A DNA stretch of 63,267 nucleotides, filler included, from Thraustochytrium aureum (GCA_012862495.1; 5 parts of 2 records of this genome joined end to end with filler, not necessarily neighbours in it); one strand, 5' to 3'. Counted from the first letter of the whole stretch, positions 24,930-37,400 are shown. Notes: generated by a model not told the origin, from the sequence alone. A program made the numbers and translations.

Positions 24930-24992
24930 CTCCTCGTGCTCCTCGAGCTCCTCGTGCTCCTCGAGCTCCTCGAGCTCCTCGAGCTCCTCGAG
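24930..24992. repeat. 9-bp tandem repeat (CTCCTCGWG)n upstream of the minus-strand gene
   Basis: Directly visible. Confidence 0.85.
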
Positions 24993-25626
24993 GTCCCGGG
25001 CCTCCTGGCTCCGTCCTCTCCTCGCGCTGCTCTGCCTGCCGCAGCCCGCGCGGCCTATTGCGCGACTGCCTGCCTGGATGGAGCACATGTTCTCCCGAGA
25101 CTTGTTTGGTATCATTCATCGCCAGAACAGATGATCATGGTCCTGTTCGTGCGTCCACCCCAGTTGTGGGCGCTCGGGGACTCCCCGATGCCGTCCGTGC
25201 CATCGCCTGGCTGGCTGGCTTGGCCTGGGGGACTGCGTGCTGGATGCAGGGGCCATCGGCGAGCGGACGCTGCGCGCAAGGCGTGGGAAGGATGAATCTT
25301 GCTTGGCAGGCCGCGCACCCGCCCGCTTGGCTCGGCGAGAGCGTGAAGCTGTGCGGCTGGACCGCCGGGTGGAACCTGACTTGGCGGTGGCGAAGGGGCG
25401 GCCTCGGTCAAGCGCAGGTTAGCCACCTCCCACAACGACGAGTTGGTCAAGCGAGACAATGGAGTGGGCAAAGCAGAAAGCTGTTAGGCTGGTGCCAAGC
25501 ACAAGGGAAAAAGAGGGATCGGGTTCAGGTCCGCGTCGGGAGCGACGCGATCGGAGCGCAGCGCCCTCGGCAGGAGATAAAGTCGTTGGCGAATAAGAAC
25601 AACAGGCAGGACAAACCACGCTGTGT

Positions 25627-26067
25627 TTAGTACTTGTGGCCAGCGGTCTCCTTCTTCTGGCCGAGCTCGAAAGTCTTGCAGCGCTTGATCGGGAGCTGCA
25701 TCTTGGTCTTGCACTCCTTGCACTCAAGGCGGAGGGTCACCTTCTTGGTGGTCTTGGCCTTCTTGTGGAAGACGGGCTTGGACTGGCCACCGTATCCCTT
25801 CTGCTTCCTGTCGTAGCGGCGCTTGCCCTGCGCAAAGTTGGATGCCTTGCCAGCCTTGTACTGGGTCACCTTGTGCACGGTGTGCTTCTTGCACGCCTTG
25901 CCCGAGCAAAAGGTGCGGCGCTCCTTGGGAATGTTGACCTGCACCACATCACACCACGCCACGCCACGCCACACCACATCGCATCGCATCACATCGCATC
26001 GCATCCCGTCAGCACCAGGCACATCGCGCACCGCAAGCAGCGCCTCCACGCGCAAACCGACTCACCA
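25627..26067 (-). CDS. RPL36A: 60S ribosomal protein eL42 (L36a/L44); exon 2 is 25627-25938, intron 25939-26065, ATG-only exon clipped at the gap
   Basis: [11 protein letters not shown]...[52 protein letters not shown]. Donor (A)TG|GTGAGT, acceptor TGCAG|GTC. Confidence 0.97.
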
Positions 26068-26167
26068 NNNNNNNNNNNNNNNNNNNNNNNNNNNNNNNNN
26101 NNNNNNNNNNNTTAATTAATTAANNNNNNNNNNNNNNNNNNNNNNNNNNNNNNNNNNNNNNNNNNNN
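26068..26167. other. Artificial contig spacer N44-TTAATTAATTAA-N44
   Basis: Six-frame stop linker at 26112-26123 inside exactly 100 bp. Confidence 0.95.
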
Positions 26168-26486
26168 GAGACGCTGGGGGCCTGCCTGCGCGCGCCCCGC
26201 GCTCCATTCCCTTGCCGATCAGCTGCTCGCCTTCATGTTTTTATAAAGGCCAAGCCACATCGTTGCCCAGTGCGGCGGACACAGTTCGTGACAGAGCCCC
26301 ATCACCGCCGTCACATCTGTCACGTCACCGTCACGGGCCGTGAAGAGAGTCGCGAGTCCCGGCGGACTCGCTTCCAACCGCGGCGGGTGCACGCAACGGT
26401 GCCAAGAGCGATTCTGCTACTCTGCGCGGGCGAGGCTTCTACAGTGCGCCAGGGCCCCCGAGCGGAGGGCCGGCCGATTGGCGGAG

Positions 26487-28766
26487 ATGGAAGCCCTGTT
26501 CCTGTTCAACCGCGATATTGGCTCCGACGACGAGGCTGCCACCGTGTCTGAGCGCACGGAGAAGCTGCTGTTCTACACTTCAACGTGCGGAGATGACCTC
26601 GAAGAGCAGCTCGAGCGCCTCAGCATGTGCGAAGCGTTTATCGACCTCTGCCGCGGGTTCAACGCGGACGCGCCGTGCGACTCGGTCTTCCTCGACGACC
26701 ACCAGTATTCGCTTTTCGAGTGCGAGCCGGGGACGTGGATGGCGGTCTGCTGCAAGAGCCGTCTGGCCTCGGAGGACTCGGCGCAGAGCTTGGCGCTCTC
26801 CCTGCAATCTTCCTACGCAGCCTATTCGTACGCTGCCCCGACGTATCAAGCTCGGCGGTCGCCCATGCAAAAGCTGGCTACATTCAGGCGCCGCGACGCA
26901 TCCGAAGCAAGCACAAAGCGAAACTTTGATCCGGACAGAAAGTTATACAAAAAGGGCAAGCGCTCCGCGGACGCCCAAGACGTGCGCATATTCGAGAGCA
27001 GCGACCCAAACCCGCGTGTCCTGCAAAGCATCCTGCGGCGAATCTACGCCGTATTCACCATGCTGCACGGCCGGGTCGCGGACTGCCTGTTTGGTTCCGC
27101 AGGGCCAGGCCCGGACTCGGTTCCATCTCAGATCAAGAGGCTGCGGAAGCTGCTGCGCAAGTCGCGACAGCTTCAAGAACTCGTCGATGAGGGCGACCTC
27201 GTCCCGGACGAGGCGCAGCGCCAGCTCATCGAGAGCCGCAGCGCGAACGAGGACGCCCTCGCCACGCTCCTTGCCGACTCGACCGCGGACCGCGCTCGCC
27301 AGCTCCTTGCCGCCTTCGTGCCCTTCTTTGTCGATCGCGTCGACTTTTTCTGCTTGCACGCCGTTTACGACATGCCAGCGCTACCGTTCCTCTCGGTGGA
27401 CAAGCCGACCTTTCTCTCCACACAGCTCTTCATGAGCAGGCTGCAGCAGCAATTCCCGGCGGTCGCCTTTGCCGCGCTCCTGTTTGACGGCCAGGTACTG
27501 TGGAGTTCGCTGCCCTGCGAGCTCATGCTGTCGATGCACCACTTCCTCGACATGTTTCTTACGCCTGTCCCGGCAAGCCCCGCTGCAGAGCCGACCAGTG
27601 CCTCGGGCTTTGCCGCAACATCCGACATTGGTGGTGCTGGCGGTGGCGCTGGTGGTGGGGCTGGGACAAAGGCCGGCGACTCTTCTTCCGCACCCTGGGC
27701 GCAGCCGACCCTTCCGCTCAGGCAAGGATTTCTCGAGGTCGGCCGGGCAGCGATGCAGGTGCAGTCCATGGCGGCCCCAAACTATGCAATGCCCGCGGAC
27801 GGCGTTGACCTCTACTTTCCAACGGTTCACAACTATGAGAACGGCCTCGAACCCGCCGGCGCATGCTACCGAATGGCTGTCTATGGGTCAGATCGAACCG
27901 TTGTGCTCGTCGTAGTCGATGCGAGTGGAACCCCTGATGGGGCACCTGCAGCCACGCAGAGAGCCGCGGCGTCGCCGCCAACGGACGAGCCTGTCTCGCC
28001 CAATTCTTTCGACTCGGAGGCTGCTGCGGAGCGAGCTACGGACGCACAGCATGCGCCAGGCCACAGCACGTCGCGTGCCGTAGCAGCGGGAGAAACGCAA
28101 ACGAAGAGCCTGGTTGCAAACCGCGCGGAGCTCCTCAATTTCCTCGGCGACCTCGAAGCGTTTTTCGGGGGCAGCCTCGTTCGCCTGTCAGAATCAATCG
28201 CAGCCAGCGCAACCACTGCGAAAGAGGCTCTCAGCGCGCCCGGCAGCCCCGTGGGCGAGGGAATCGCCCTGGGGTTTTCGGACCAGTCGGGCCGGTTTCG
28301 CGCAATGGCGCACTCTGCACAGCTCTACGCGGCGGGCGCCTCGAGTCTTGGCGGCGATGCCTCCGACCGCTACCTGTACCTAAACGCCTCGAACGCGGTG
28401 ATCAAGATATCTGACGCGTGGCTCGCGCTGGCCAGCGCCCCTGCGGCCACGGGGGTCAACACCAAATACCCCAGCCTGGCGCATCTGGGGTCGATCTTCT
28501 CGCCCGGGCTCGTCACAGCCATAAATGACATGCGGAGGCAGTTTGTCTGTGGCGGTGGCGGCCGTGGCGACGAGGACATAACCATCATTCAGCATGTGCG
28601 TGCTGGGTCTGGGTCAGCTCGACAGCAGCAAGCCTGCTGGCTCGCTGCTGTGCAAACTGGGGAACGGCAGGTGTTTCTTGTCATTGATGCGAAGAACAGC
28701 TTTGAGCACGTATCGCAGCGCTTGCGCGCCCTTCGCGAGGTTACGTTTCGAAGCATCTTACTGTGA
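26487..28766 (+). CDS. CCZ1: Vacuolar fusion protein CCZ1 (longin domains; Mon1-Ccz1 Rab7 GEF subunit)
   Basis: N-terminus LFLFN...EKLLFY...EQLERLSMCEAFIDLCRGF...PCDSV...FECEPGTWMAV matches the CCZ1 first longin domain. Also FLSVDKPTFLSTQLF...LLFDGQVLWSSL and RYLYLN..N. Confidence 0.85.
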   Translation: MEALFLFNRDIGSDDEAATVSERTEKLLFYTSTCGDDLEEQLERLSMCEAFIDLCRGFNADAPCDSVFLDDHQYSLFECEPGTWMAVCCKSRLASEDSAQSLALSLQSSYAAYSYAAPTYQARRSPMQKLATFRRRDASEASTKRNFDPDRKLYKKGKRSADAQDVRIFESSDPNPRVLQSILRRIYAVFTMLHGRVADCLFGSAGPGPDSVPSQIKRLRKLLRKSRQLQELVDEGDLVPDEAQRQLIESRSANEDALATLLADSTADRARQLLAAFVPFFVDRVDFFCLHAVYDMPALPFLSVDKPTFLSTQLFMSRLQQQFPAVAFAALLFDGQVLWSSLPCELMLSMHHFLDMFLTPVPASPAAEPTSASGFAATSDIGGAGGGAGGGAGTKAGDSSSAPWAQPTLPLRQGFLEVGRAAMQVQSMAAPNYAMPADGVDLYFPTVHNYENGLEPAGACYRMAVYGSDRTVVLVVVDASGTPDGAPAATQRAAASPPTDEPVSPNSFDSEAAAERATDAQHAPGHSTSRAVAAGETQTKSLVANRAELLNFLGDLEAFFGGSLVRLSESIAASATTAKEALSAPGSPVGEGIALGFSDQSGRFRAMAHSAQLYAAGASSLGGDASDRYLYLNASNAVIKISDAWLALASAPAATGVNTKYPSLAHLGSIFSPGLVTAINDMRRQFVCGGGGRGDEDITIIQHVRAGSGSARQQQACWLAAVQTGERQVFLVIDAKNSFEHVSQRLRALREVTFRSILL

Positions 28767-29016
28767 GACATGATCCTGACGAAATGCTTGTAATCTACAC
28801 CATTGAACCATTGAATCGTACTTCTAACCGCCTCACACCGTTGCAGGCGCTCTGCAGACGTGCCCGACAGGCACGACCAGGGGGGGGATGGGGTCTAGGC
28901 TTGCCTCGCGCGCGGGCGCCGCTGGCGCTAGATCCATCCATCACATTGAATCGCGAACCTTGGCAAGCAGCCGACACGTGATGCACGCTCTGCCTGCGAT
29001 AACGACGGGCTCAGAA

Positions 29017-31308
29017 CTAGCCCCGCACGGACGACGAAAACGCGCGCAGCAAAGATGCAGGCGCGACGTGCTCAGCGGCGCTCTGCAACGCCCGAGGGTT
29101 TGAACTGGTCTCAGAAGCCTCGAAAAACTGCGAGATCATCGTCGACAAAACTTGCGGGTCGTAGGGCAAAAGCTTGTCCTCCTTGGACTTGATCGCCTCG
29201 ATCTGCGCCAGCATGGCGTACCGTCGCTCGTAGCGCGCAAGCACTTCGCTGCGGACACGGAAACGCAATTCCGTTCGAAGCTCAAAGTTTGGCACCTCGA
29301 ATCGCGTCATCTCCGCATGCGTGGACTCAATCCAGGCCCGCAGCTGGACGCAATAATCCTTGAGGACCTTCTTGGCCGCGCTGGATAGCCCGCTTCCACT
29401 GGTTGCGGCTGCTGCTGCCAAGTCGATGCCTGGGGGCTGGCCCTCCTCTAGAAGGAAGACGCACGGCCCGGCCACGGACTTGACGAGGTGGGATTTCATG
29501 TTGTCCACGTCCACCTGGCGCTCCAAGAGGGTCTGCGACGTTGCTAGCTCCGTGGAGAGCGCGGCGTCCTCTTCAATCTGATCCGTGATGTAGTGAATAT
29601 TGTTGAGTACGAACAAAGCGACGGCTGCCGGCGAGGCCGACCCGACACGCTGCTCGATTGTGAACAGCATCTCGTAGAAGGCGTTCAGCACGGTCTCGAG
29701 GAGCTCACGGAGCGAGCTCGGTCCGCCAGTAGAGCCTCCCCTGCGCCGCCAAGACCGGTTGTACCTGCTCTCTCACTGCAACGAGGCGGTGCATGAAGCG
29801 AAGCAGCGCCAGTGTCGAGGGATGGACAGACGCCGCTCTTGGAACCTCCGCGATTGGGCGGACTAGCCAGCCGCGGCAGTCGGCAAGGGCAGCCACAGCA
29901 AGCGTGTCCCAGGTTTTGATGATGCGCTTGATTTCCGCCCAGCAGTCTCCTGGCAGTTGTCAGCTTTCCCGAGAGCAAGCCCGCCAGACCNNNNNNNNNN
30001 NNNNNNNNNNNNNNNNNNNNNNNNNNNNNNNNNNNNNNNNNNNNNNNNNNNNNNNNNNNNNNNNNNNNNNNNNNNNNNNNNNNNNNNNNNNNNNNNNNNN
30101 NNNNNNNNNNNNNNNNNNNNNNNNNNNNNNNNNNNNNNNNNNNNNNNNNNNNNNNNNNNNNNNNNNNNNNNNNNNNNNNNNNNNNNNNNNNNNNNNNNNN
30201 NNNNNNNNNNNNNNNNNNNNNNNNNNNNNNNNNNNNNNNNNNNNNNNNNNNNNNNNNNNNNNNNNNNNNNNNNNNNNNNNNNNNNNNNNNNNNNNNNNNN
30301 NNNNNNNNNNNNNNNNNNNNNNNNNNNNNNNNNNNNNNNNNNNNNNNNNNNNNNNNNNNNNNNNNNNNNNNNNNNNNNNNNNNNNNNNNNNNNNNNNNNN
30401 NNNNNNNNNNNNNNNNNNNNNNNNNNNNNNNNNNNNNNNNTTCCGAATCGCTCCCTGGATGCGGCGCTTTGATGAACAGGCTGGACGAGCGCAATGCTCT
30501 CTTCGGCGACGTGGTCTAGCGCGCTGCGCATGACGCCACCGCGCGCTTTGGCGTACCGGGCTACGAGGAGGTCAAGCAGGCCACACGACTCAAGGCAAGA
30601 TGCTAACTCGGCGAGACGGGTGCTGACGGCGCCTGGGATGGCTCGGTGAAGTGCAACGACATCGACACGCTCAGCTCCGGACCCTGGAGCGTCATCATCC
30701 GTCCCGCTGTCTGTCTCGTGGGCGCGGAGTGCGTGGCATGGCGGGCAGGACAGGTAGTCTCGCACGGAGGCCGCTTGAGTGCCGAGCAGCCTCTCGTATT
30801 CGTTCGAGACCGCGCGAAGAGCCGAGTCCCGGAGCTCTGCTAGCTCGGCGATCGCTTGACGAGAGGAAACAAAGTCTTGCCTCATAGAGAGATAGGTGTG
30901 AGACTCGTGTGCTTTCGTCACCGCCCGGTAGAAGCGCTCGCGGGCCTGCTTGTCGTTCTCCCCCAGCACTTGGGGCGCGCCCAGCACGCGACGAACTTTG
31001 TTGGCGGTTTGAAAGTGCGCATGGATTCGCTCAAAGTGGCTCAGGCTCTTGTTGACATTGCGCTGCGCAACGGCCAGCTTCTGCGTGAGTTGGTGGATCG
31101 GCGCAACAGCTTCCTCAAGCCTTCCGATACGCGTCTCAAACCCGTCCAACGCGCCCAGCATCACCGCCGTATTCTCGGCGCTTGCCCTGAGACCAGACTC
31201 GATCGCCGCCATACTGGCTAACAACCTCGCTTCCACAGGGTCCCTCGCGACCACCGCAGCTGGCCCGTTGCCAGCAGCCGGAAACCGCGCGTCGCCCCTG
31301 CTTCTCAT
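29017..31308 (-). CDS. EXO70: Exocyst subunit EXO70 (EXOC7); middle in gap
   Basis: N-terminal MLGALDGFETRIGRLEEAVAPIHQLTQKLAVAQRNVNKSL. C-terminal ALFVLNNIHYI...KKVLKD...VPNFELRTELR...LPYDPQVLSTMISQFF. Confidence 0.88.
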
Positions 31309-32421
31309 CGCGGCGCTCGATGCGAGCACCACTGCGTGTTCCTTTCCCAACGACGCCAAACAGTCTCGCGCCCAGGCCCGCCCCCACGCGTGTGTCGCTC
31401 GAGAGCCTCGGGACCGTGCGTCAGGGCAGTGGCCTGGCCTGCCCTGGCAAGAGGATTGTGTTGCTCTGCTGCTGTGTCTCCGACTCTGGAGTCATGCGCC
31501 AACCTTGCGTACTGTTCATGAACACTTTGTGTTCGCGGTAGTCCGCTGCGAGTCTGCGACAAACAACGAGACCTTTCTACTCTTACCTTCGTGGTCGAGG
31601 CCGCCGGTGGATGCGGGACGCAGGAGGCTTCAGTTGGTTGTCTCCGGCTGCTCCACGAAGAGGTTGCTTGGTGCAACAATATCGAGCCGCGGGTGGTCGC
31701 CAACAAGTTTGTCACGGACGTTGCGTGTCGCCGTCGCAAGGCCGGTGTCCGTCAGGCGCTGCGCCATCTTCTGCCTTTTGGTTGTCAGTCTGGTTCCTAT
31801 GGGACTGGTCTGGGCGCTCTTCAGCACGCGGCCTCCGTCGCGGGCAGAGATGTCCCGTTACTGGCTGGCTGCCTATGCCAGCCGAACTCCTACACTTGGA
31901 TCTGGATCATCACCAAACTCGCACGACACTTGACCCTTCGCGCCCGCAAGTGCCCCAGCCCGTGCTCGAGACTGGAGAGTCCTCGCGACTCGGTGCCTTG
32001 CGGTTGCCAAGTGCTGTTGAAGAAGGATCATCCCCTGAGGCAACGGGTTTGCTGCGAAGGAAGAGAATGGACGGGGCAAGCAAGGGAGAGAGAAAGTTGG
32101 ACTGCAGGCCGAAGCGGTGAATCCCCTGCGCTCGACACAAGCCGCGTACTGGATAAGGGAACTCAGACCGGTCCTGTAGGAATCGGAGGCGCAACAGTTT
32201 TCTGAAGATGGCGAAGAACCTGACAAAGGATAGGCTTGCCCGGCACGAGATGTTCGTCACGAGTTTGTCGGTTGACGAGCAAGTCAATGGCCACGCCAGA
32301 GCAATTTGAATCATGCGATACTTTCTACTATTTAAACGTAGACCGCGCGGTGGTGCAGGCGCCTTTAAATTGCGTGCGAGCCTGTAGGCCGGCAAAGAGG
32401 CAGAGGACGCCGTGTGGCTTC

Positions 32422-34361
32422 TTATGCGGCGGTGCACCCCATAATCTTGTCGAAAAATCCTGGAATGCTCGTGATGGTCTTCTTGGCCCAGTAGTACTCG
32501 CCAACCGCGCGACAAATGCCGTTGTTGAACGCGCAACGCTTCTTGCCCACCTTGACGACCTCCCCGCCCACATTCATCGAGAACGAGCCCTCGCACTGCT
32601 TCAACTTGTACGGCGGGCCAGGCAGATCATTAATCATCGCACAGGCAGTCATTTCCTTAGGCGGCGGGCAGTTCTTGAACTGCTGGCAAGCCTCGCGCGA
32701 CTGGAAGGGGTCAGCGCCAGATAGCGGGCACACTTGACTCTTCAACAGGGTGCGCTGACTCTTACTATCCGAGACAGCTGGGCGACAGTTGACAGCATCC
32801 CCGCCCCTGTAGCCGCACCAGTGGCACTTCTTGTCTTCGCAAGCGCGTGCCAAGTTCCTTGTGCGGCGTACCGGGTCCTGAATGTGCTTGAACCAGGTAT
32901 TGATACGAGTGCAAAGCTCCCAGTTGCGCTCCTCGGGGCAGGGCAGAGGGATCGGTGCAGCGGTTGGTCGGGGCGTCGGCGAATGCGTTGGCTTTCCTGT
33001 AGGAAAGGGAGTGGGGTTCTTGCTCGGTCGAGGGGTTGGCATGCGGGTTGGGGCCTTTGTCGGGCGAAGAGTAGGTGCTTTTGAGGGCTTCCCGGTCGGC
33101 TTGGGGGTCGGAGGAACGGTTGGGCGGTCTGTCGGTGACTTTGTCGGGAACTTGGTCGGCTGCTTGGTGGGCGACTTGGAGGGCTTTCCTGTCGTTGGGT
33201 TCTTGGTCGGAATCGGCGTGGTAGGTCCGTTTGTTGGCTTCTGAGTCGGGGATTTTGTTGGCTTGACCGTGGGTCGCTTCGATGGGGACTTTGTCGGAAA
33301 AGCCGTCGTTGGGGACTTGGTCGGTGTTCGGGTGGGAGACTTGGTCGGCGCTTTGGTTGGTGGGCCGAGAAGCACAAAGGAGCCCTGGAAGGCATCAGGG
33401 CGCTTTCCAACTTGCGGAAGCAATTGTTGGAACCCCACGGGACCAGCAAACTTCGCGTTGTGCTGGGCGCTCGTGCAAGAGCTCGCAAAAGTCCCGACGG
33501 TCCAGACACTCCACGTGAAGTACTTCTCCATTTGGTCGTTGAGTCCGAGGGCGTACGTGCTATCGGTATCGGTGTCGAGCATGAAGAAGTCGTCGGGGAT
33601 CGTAAGGTCGAACGTGTAGCTGACCACGCTGCTTTGACCCGACGCTTTACGAGACTTTGAGAGGTTTTCGACCAAGTACGCACCCGCGCCCTTCATAGGG
33701 TTGATCGAACTCTTGGACAGATCAGCGCTAAACGCGTTTCCGTATGCGGCGGCGTTCCAATTCAGCGCGTCGCACGTCGGGAGGGACGTGCAGTACTCCT
33801 TCATCACTGACATACCACATACCGAGGCAGCGCTGCTGATGATATCAGGGTTGTTGAAGCTGAGAAGCATTTTGCGTGAGCTCGCGCCAACGTAAATCGA
33901 GTCGACCGGGTATGGGTTGTTCCTAGTTGGGGTGGGCAGACGAAGGCAGTCAGACCTGATGACGCCGTCCGTGCAGAAGATGTCCGGGTGGATCATCCCG
34001 AGCATGATTCCCGAAATGAGGGGTGCGGACGCGCTCAAGCCTCCCTTGAGCTTGAAGCTCATTTTCAACTTTCGCTCGTTGTTCGTGTCAAAGACCAATT
34101 CCGTGTCTCTTCGTTTGTTTTGGACAGGGTATGCTGTCAGCGAAAAACGACGTGTTGCAAAACAGCCACCGCCGCTCGAGGCAGCTCGCCACCAACCACT
34201 TACACGAGGAACTCATAGTTCTTATCAACACTATCGGCGTAGAACAGCCACGACGAGTCGCTTTTCAACACAGGCGCCTGTGCATCAGCGACTTTGCCGC
34301 CAAGGAGGCTCACTGCCGCCGCAGCGGCCAGCACGAGTTTGGCACCCGAGCGGAAAACCAT
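32422..34361 (-). CDS. Secreted protein with signal peptide, central PT (PTKSPT) mucin-like stalk and Cys-rich C-terminal domain; complement(join(32422..34108,34204..34361))
   Basis: Exon 1 reads MVFRSGAKLVLAAAAAVSLLGGKVADAQ... A 95-bp GTAAGT...GCTGAC...AG intron joins it in frame to the 558-aa ORF. About 130 aa of PT(K/R)(S/A)PT repeats. Confidence 0.85.
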
Positions 34362-34394
34362 TTTGCGCCAAGCACGTTCGTTGACTCCCTTCCT

Positions 34395-34456
34395 GCCTTG
34401 CTCTGCCCTGCCCTGCCTTGCTCTACCCTGCCCTGCTCTGCTCTGCTCTGCTCTGC
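34395..34456. repeat. Pentanucleotide (CTCTG/CCCTG)n repeat upstream of the PT gene
   Basis: Directly visible. Confidence 0.8.
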
Positions 34457-37400
34457 ACTACTCTTCCTTGCTCAACCGTCGCGTCCTGCGATTGGGGTCT
34501 GGTCGCCGCCAGTTGTTTGCTCATGCAGCAAGCACGTCTTCCAACCGCCAAGAAGCCCAACTTCACAGGCGTGGCCTAGGGCCATCCCGAAATGGTCCCA
34601 CTCACACCGCTCGCAGTTGGTTCATTCATGGGACGCGCCTGGTGGCAAACGTGGAATGTGGCTTTCCAAAGATGCTCTGTTTACTCCAACAGATTTATCA
34701 AATCCCTTCCTGGACTCAATTGGCCCCCCCCCCCACTTTTTGTGACGTGTTCGATTGTTTTTCCAGAAAATCCAAATGACCCTCACGGTCCCTTCTTGCG
34801 TCGCCTCCATCGCTTGAGCGCTGCGCGTGCATGCTGGCCGACCTGCAACGGCTTTTGGCAGGCATACCTGCGCGCCTGAGAATTGCAGCCGATGCACCGG
34901 CGTGTTGGAGGTCCGCGATTTGATAGTGGGACTGGCGGTTGAGAGGATTACGGGGGATCCGAACGAGTATTTTTGCCATGCCTTTGTCTTTCGTTTGTAT
35001 TTCCCACCGGGCAGCGGTAGAACCTGTTTCTCTGCCGCTAGAATGATCCGCTTTTGCTGCGAAGAGGAACCAAGGCAGGAAATGGAAAGTTGGAAAGCTA
35101 TGCCCTCTGTGCCTGTGCCCCAGCCGCCAGGAACTGAGACGCGCGCGTGGCGACTTGCATAGTGGGGAGAAAAAACCAGTCGAGCTTCTCTCTAGCTAGA
35201 GTATTTGGTGGTTTGGAAGGTTTGTAGAGGTCACGTAGCAAGCCTGCAAAACCTTGTGAGCATAGCGACGCGACGCAACGCACGCAATTCAACCGACTCA
35301 ACCGAAAAGCCCATTTACTGCCTCTCAGCCGCTCGTTTCGGTCGGGTGGCAGTCCTCTTCACCACTCGCAAGACAGCGGCGTAAGAGCAATGTCTGGGCT
35401 CGGTTTTGCAATGGCTTTGTCCATCCGACGCGACGCAGCCAACGCGTACAGGCGTAGCTGCGCGCAGCTTGGGTTCGCCTTTAGTAGGATGGGATCGGAT
35501 ACTTTTCCCTGCTTGCTAAAGGTCAGCCCTTTCGAAATCCGAAGAAAATAATGAACGAGAACTCGCTTTCAAGAAGACTCGAAATGCGCTCAGCTGAGGC
35601 GAGTGAAAAGGCAGAGTGTCAACCGCTTGTTTTTTATCGGCGCTACAACGCGACCAGCTGCCCTATACAATGCCGACCCACGGGTGAGCCACAACCAGAC
35701 GCCATAGCAAAGAGTACGGGTACCTTGAGAAAGTCTTCTTCGACCCCGACTCCATTGCCAGCCCGCACCATGCTGGAATTTCGCAAGCGATCTCACTTGG
35801 CGGCGTGCGCTCTGCTAAAGCCGCCAAGGCTGAGACATCGCAACGCCAAAACGCCGGGAAACAAGAGGGACGCGAGTCACGCAACGCTGGATTTTGCAAC
35901 GGAAAGAGCTCAGTGCTGCTGAAAGCAGCGAGAGATCGGCTCCCAACTTGAAGCACCTGGCTTGCTTTCACTGCACCACGAATTGTACTCTGTGCAATGC
36001 AAATGTCCAGCGTCATCCGAAACGCCGAGCAGGCAAGAATGTCGGCTCCAGGGAGTCTATCAGGGACAGAGGCAGACGACACCACGACGAGACAAATGAA
36101 CGACAACGCATCGAAAAGGTCGGATAGGAAGAGCAAGAGCAAGCGACGACGGTTTCTACATGACGCAAAGTTCACGGGTTGCCTTTGCCTTTCTTTGTGC
36201 ACCGGCTGCTCGTAGCTCGTCGGAACGTCACTGCTCGCGATTTTGTACTGCTCGTTTTGGTTCGAGGGTCAGGTCTTTGTCGCCTCTGCGAATGGGAGCG
36301 GCTCTGTCATCTTGCTAATCTCTAGGTGGATGACAAGCGCACCGGTTCCAAGAGAGAGATACTGGCAATCTGAAGACAATGCAAACCCCAAAAAAATCCC
36401 GGGCTGCCCTGGCATCACAGCGCGCGTCCAATCGGCAATCTCTTTGCAAAGACCTTGGTGCTTGAAGCCTTATTCTTCTGCAAAAGCACCGATTAACTTT
36501 TCTGGAAAATCCACCGATTCATGCAGGGCACATCCACGTTCAGGTTTTGAGACAGCCCACGTCGTGGAAAGTCACATGAAAAATTGGACTCAGGCCAGGG
36601 TGCTGATTCACAGAGGTCCTAGTCTGCACTTCTGCGCTAAACTCCTTGGCACAGCGATTGTCAGAGAGCCAGCCCAGACGTCGGTAAGCCATTTTGAATT
36701 GATCGAGACCAAACCTCGTCCCCGAAACTTTGACGATCCGCACTGATCTGATCCCTCCCCTAGCTCTAGCTAGANNNNNNNNNNNNNNNNNNNNNNNNNN
36801 NNNNNNNNNNNNNNNNNNNNNNNNNNNNNNNNNNNNNNNNNNNNNNNNNNNNNNNNNNNNNNNNNNNNNNNNNNNNNNNNNNNNNNNNNNNNNNNNNNNN
36901 NNNNNNNNNNNNNNNNNNNNNNNNNNNNNNNNNNNNNNNNNNNNNNNNNNNNNNNNNNNNNNNNNNNNNNNNNNNNNNNNNNNNNNNNNNNNNNNNNNNN
37001 NNNNNNNNNNNNNNNNNNNNNNNNNNNNNNNNNNNNNNNNNNNNNNNNNNNNNNNNNNNNNNNNNNNNNNNNNNNNNNNNNNNNNNNNNNNNNNNNNNNN
37101 NNNNNNNNNNNNNNNNNNNNNNNNNNNNNNNNNNNNNNNNNNNNNNNNNNNNNNNNNNNNNNNNNNNNNNNNNNNNNNNNNNNNNNNNNNNNNNNNNNNN
37201 NNNNNNNNNNNNNNNNNNNNNNNNNNNNNNNNNNNNNNNNNNNNNNNNNNNNNNNNNNNNNNNNNNNNNNNNNNNNNNNNNNNNNNNNNNNNNNNNNNNN
37301 NNNNNNNNNNNNNNNNNNNNNNNNNNNNNNNNNNNNNNNNNNNNNNNNNNNNNNNNNNNNNNNNNNNNNNNNNNNNNNNNNNNNNNNNNNNNNNNNNNNN

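Noticed and set aside
26112..26123. TTAATTAATTAA palindrome as a regulatory site or piggyBac TTAA target
   Set aside because: It appears four times inside symmetrical N-runs and is a synthetic six-frame stop linker.
16253..31308. COMMD2, CCZ1 and EXO70 as a trafficking gene cluster
   Set aside because: Unrelated genes and an assembly spacer lie between them; chance adjacency in a compact genome is sufficient.
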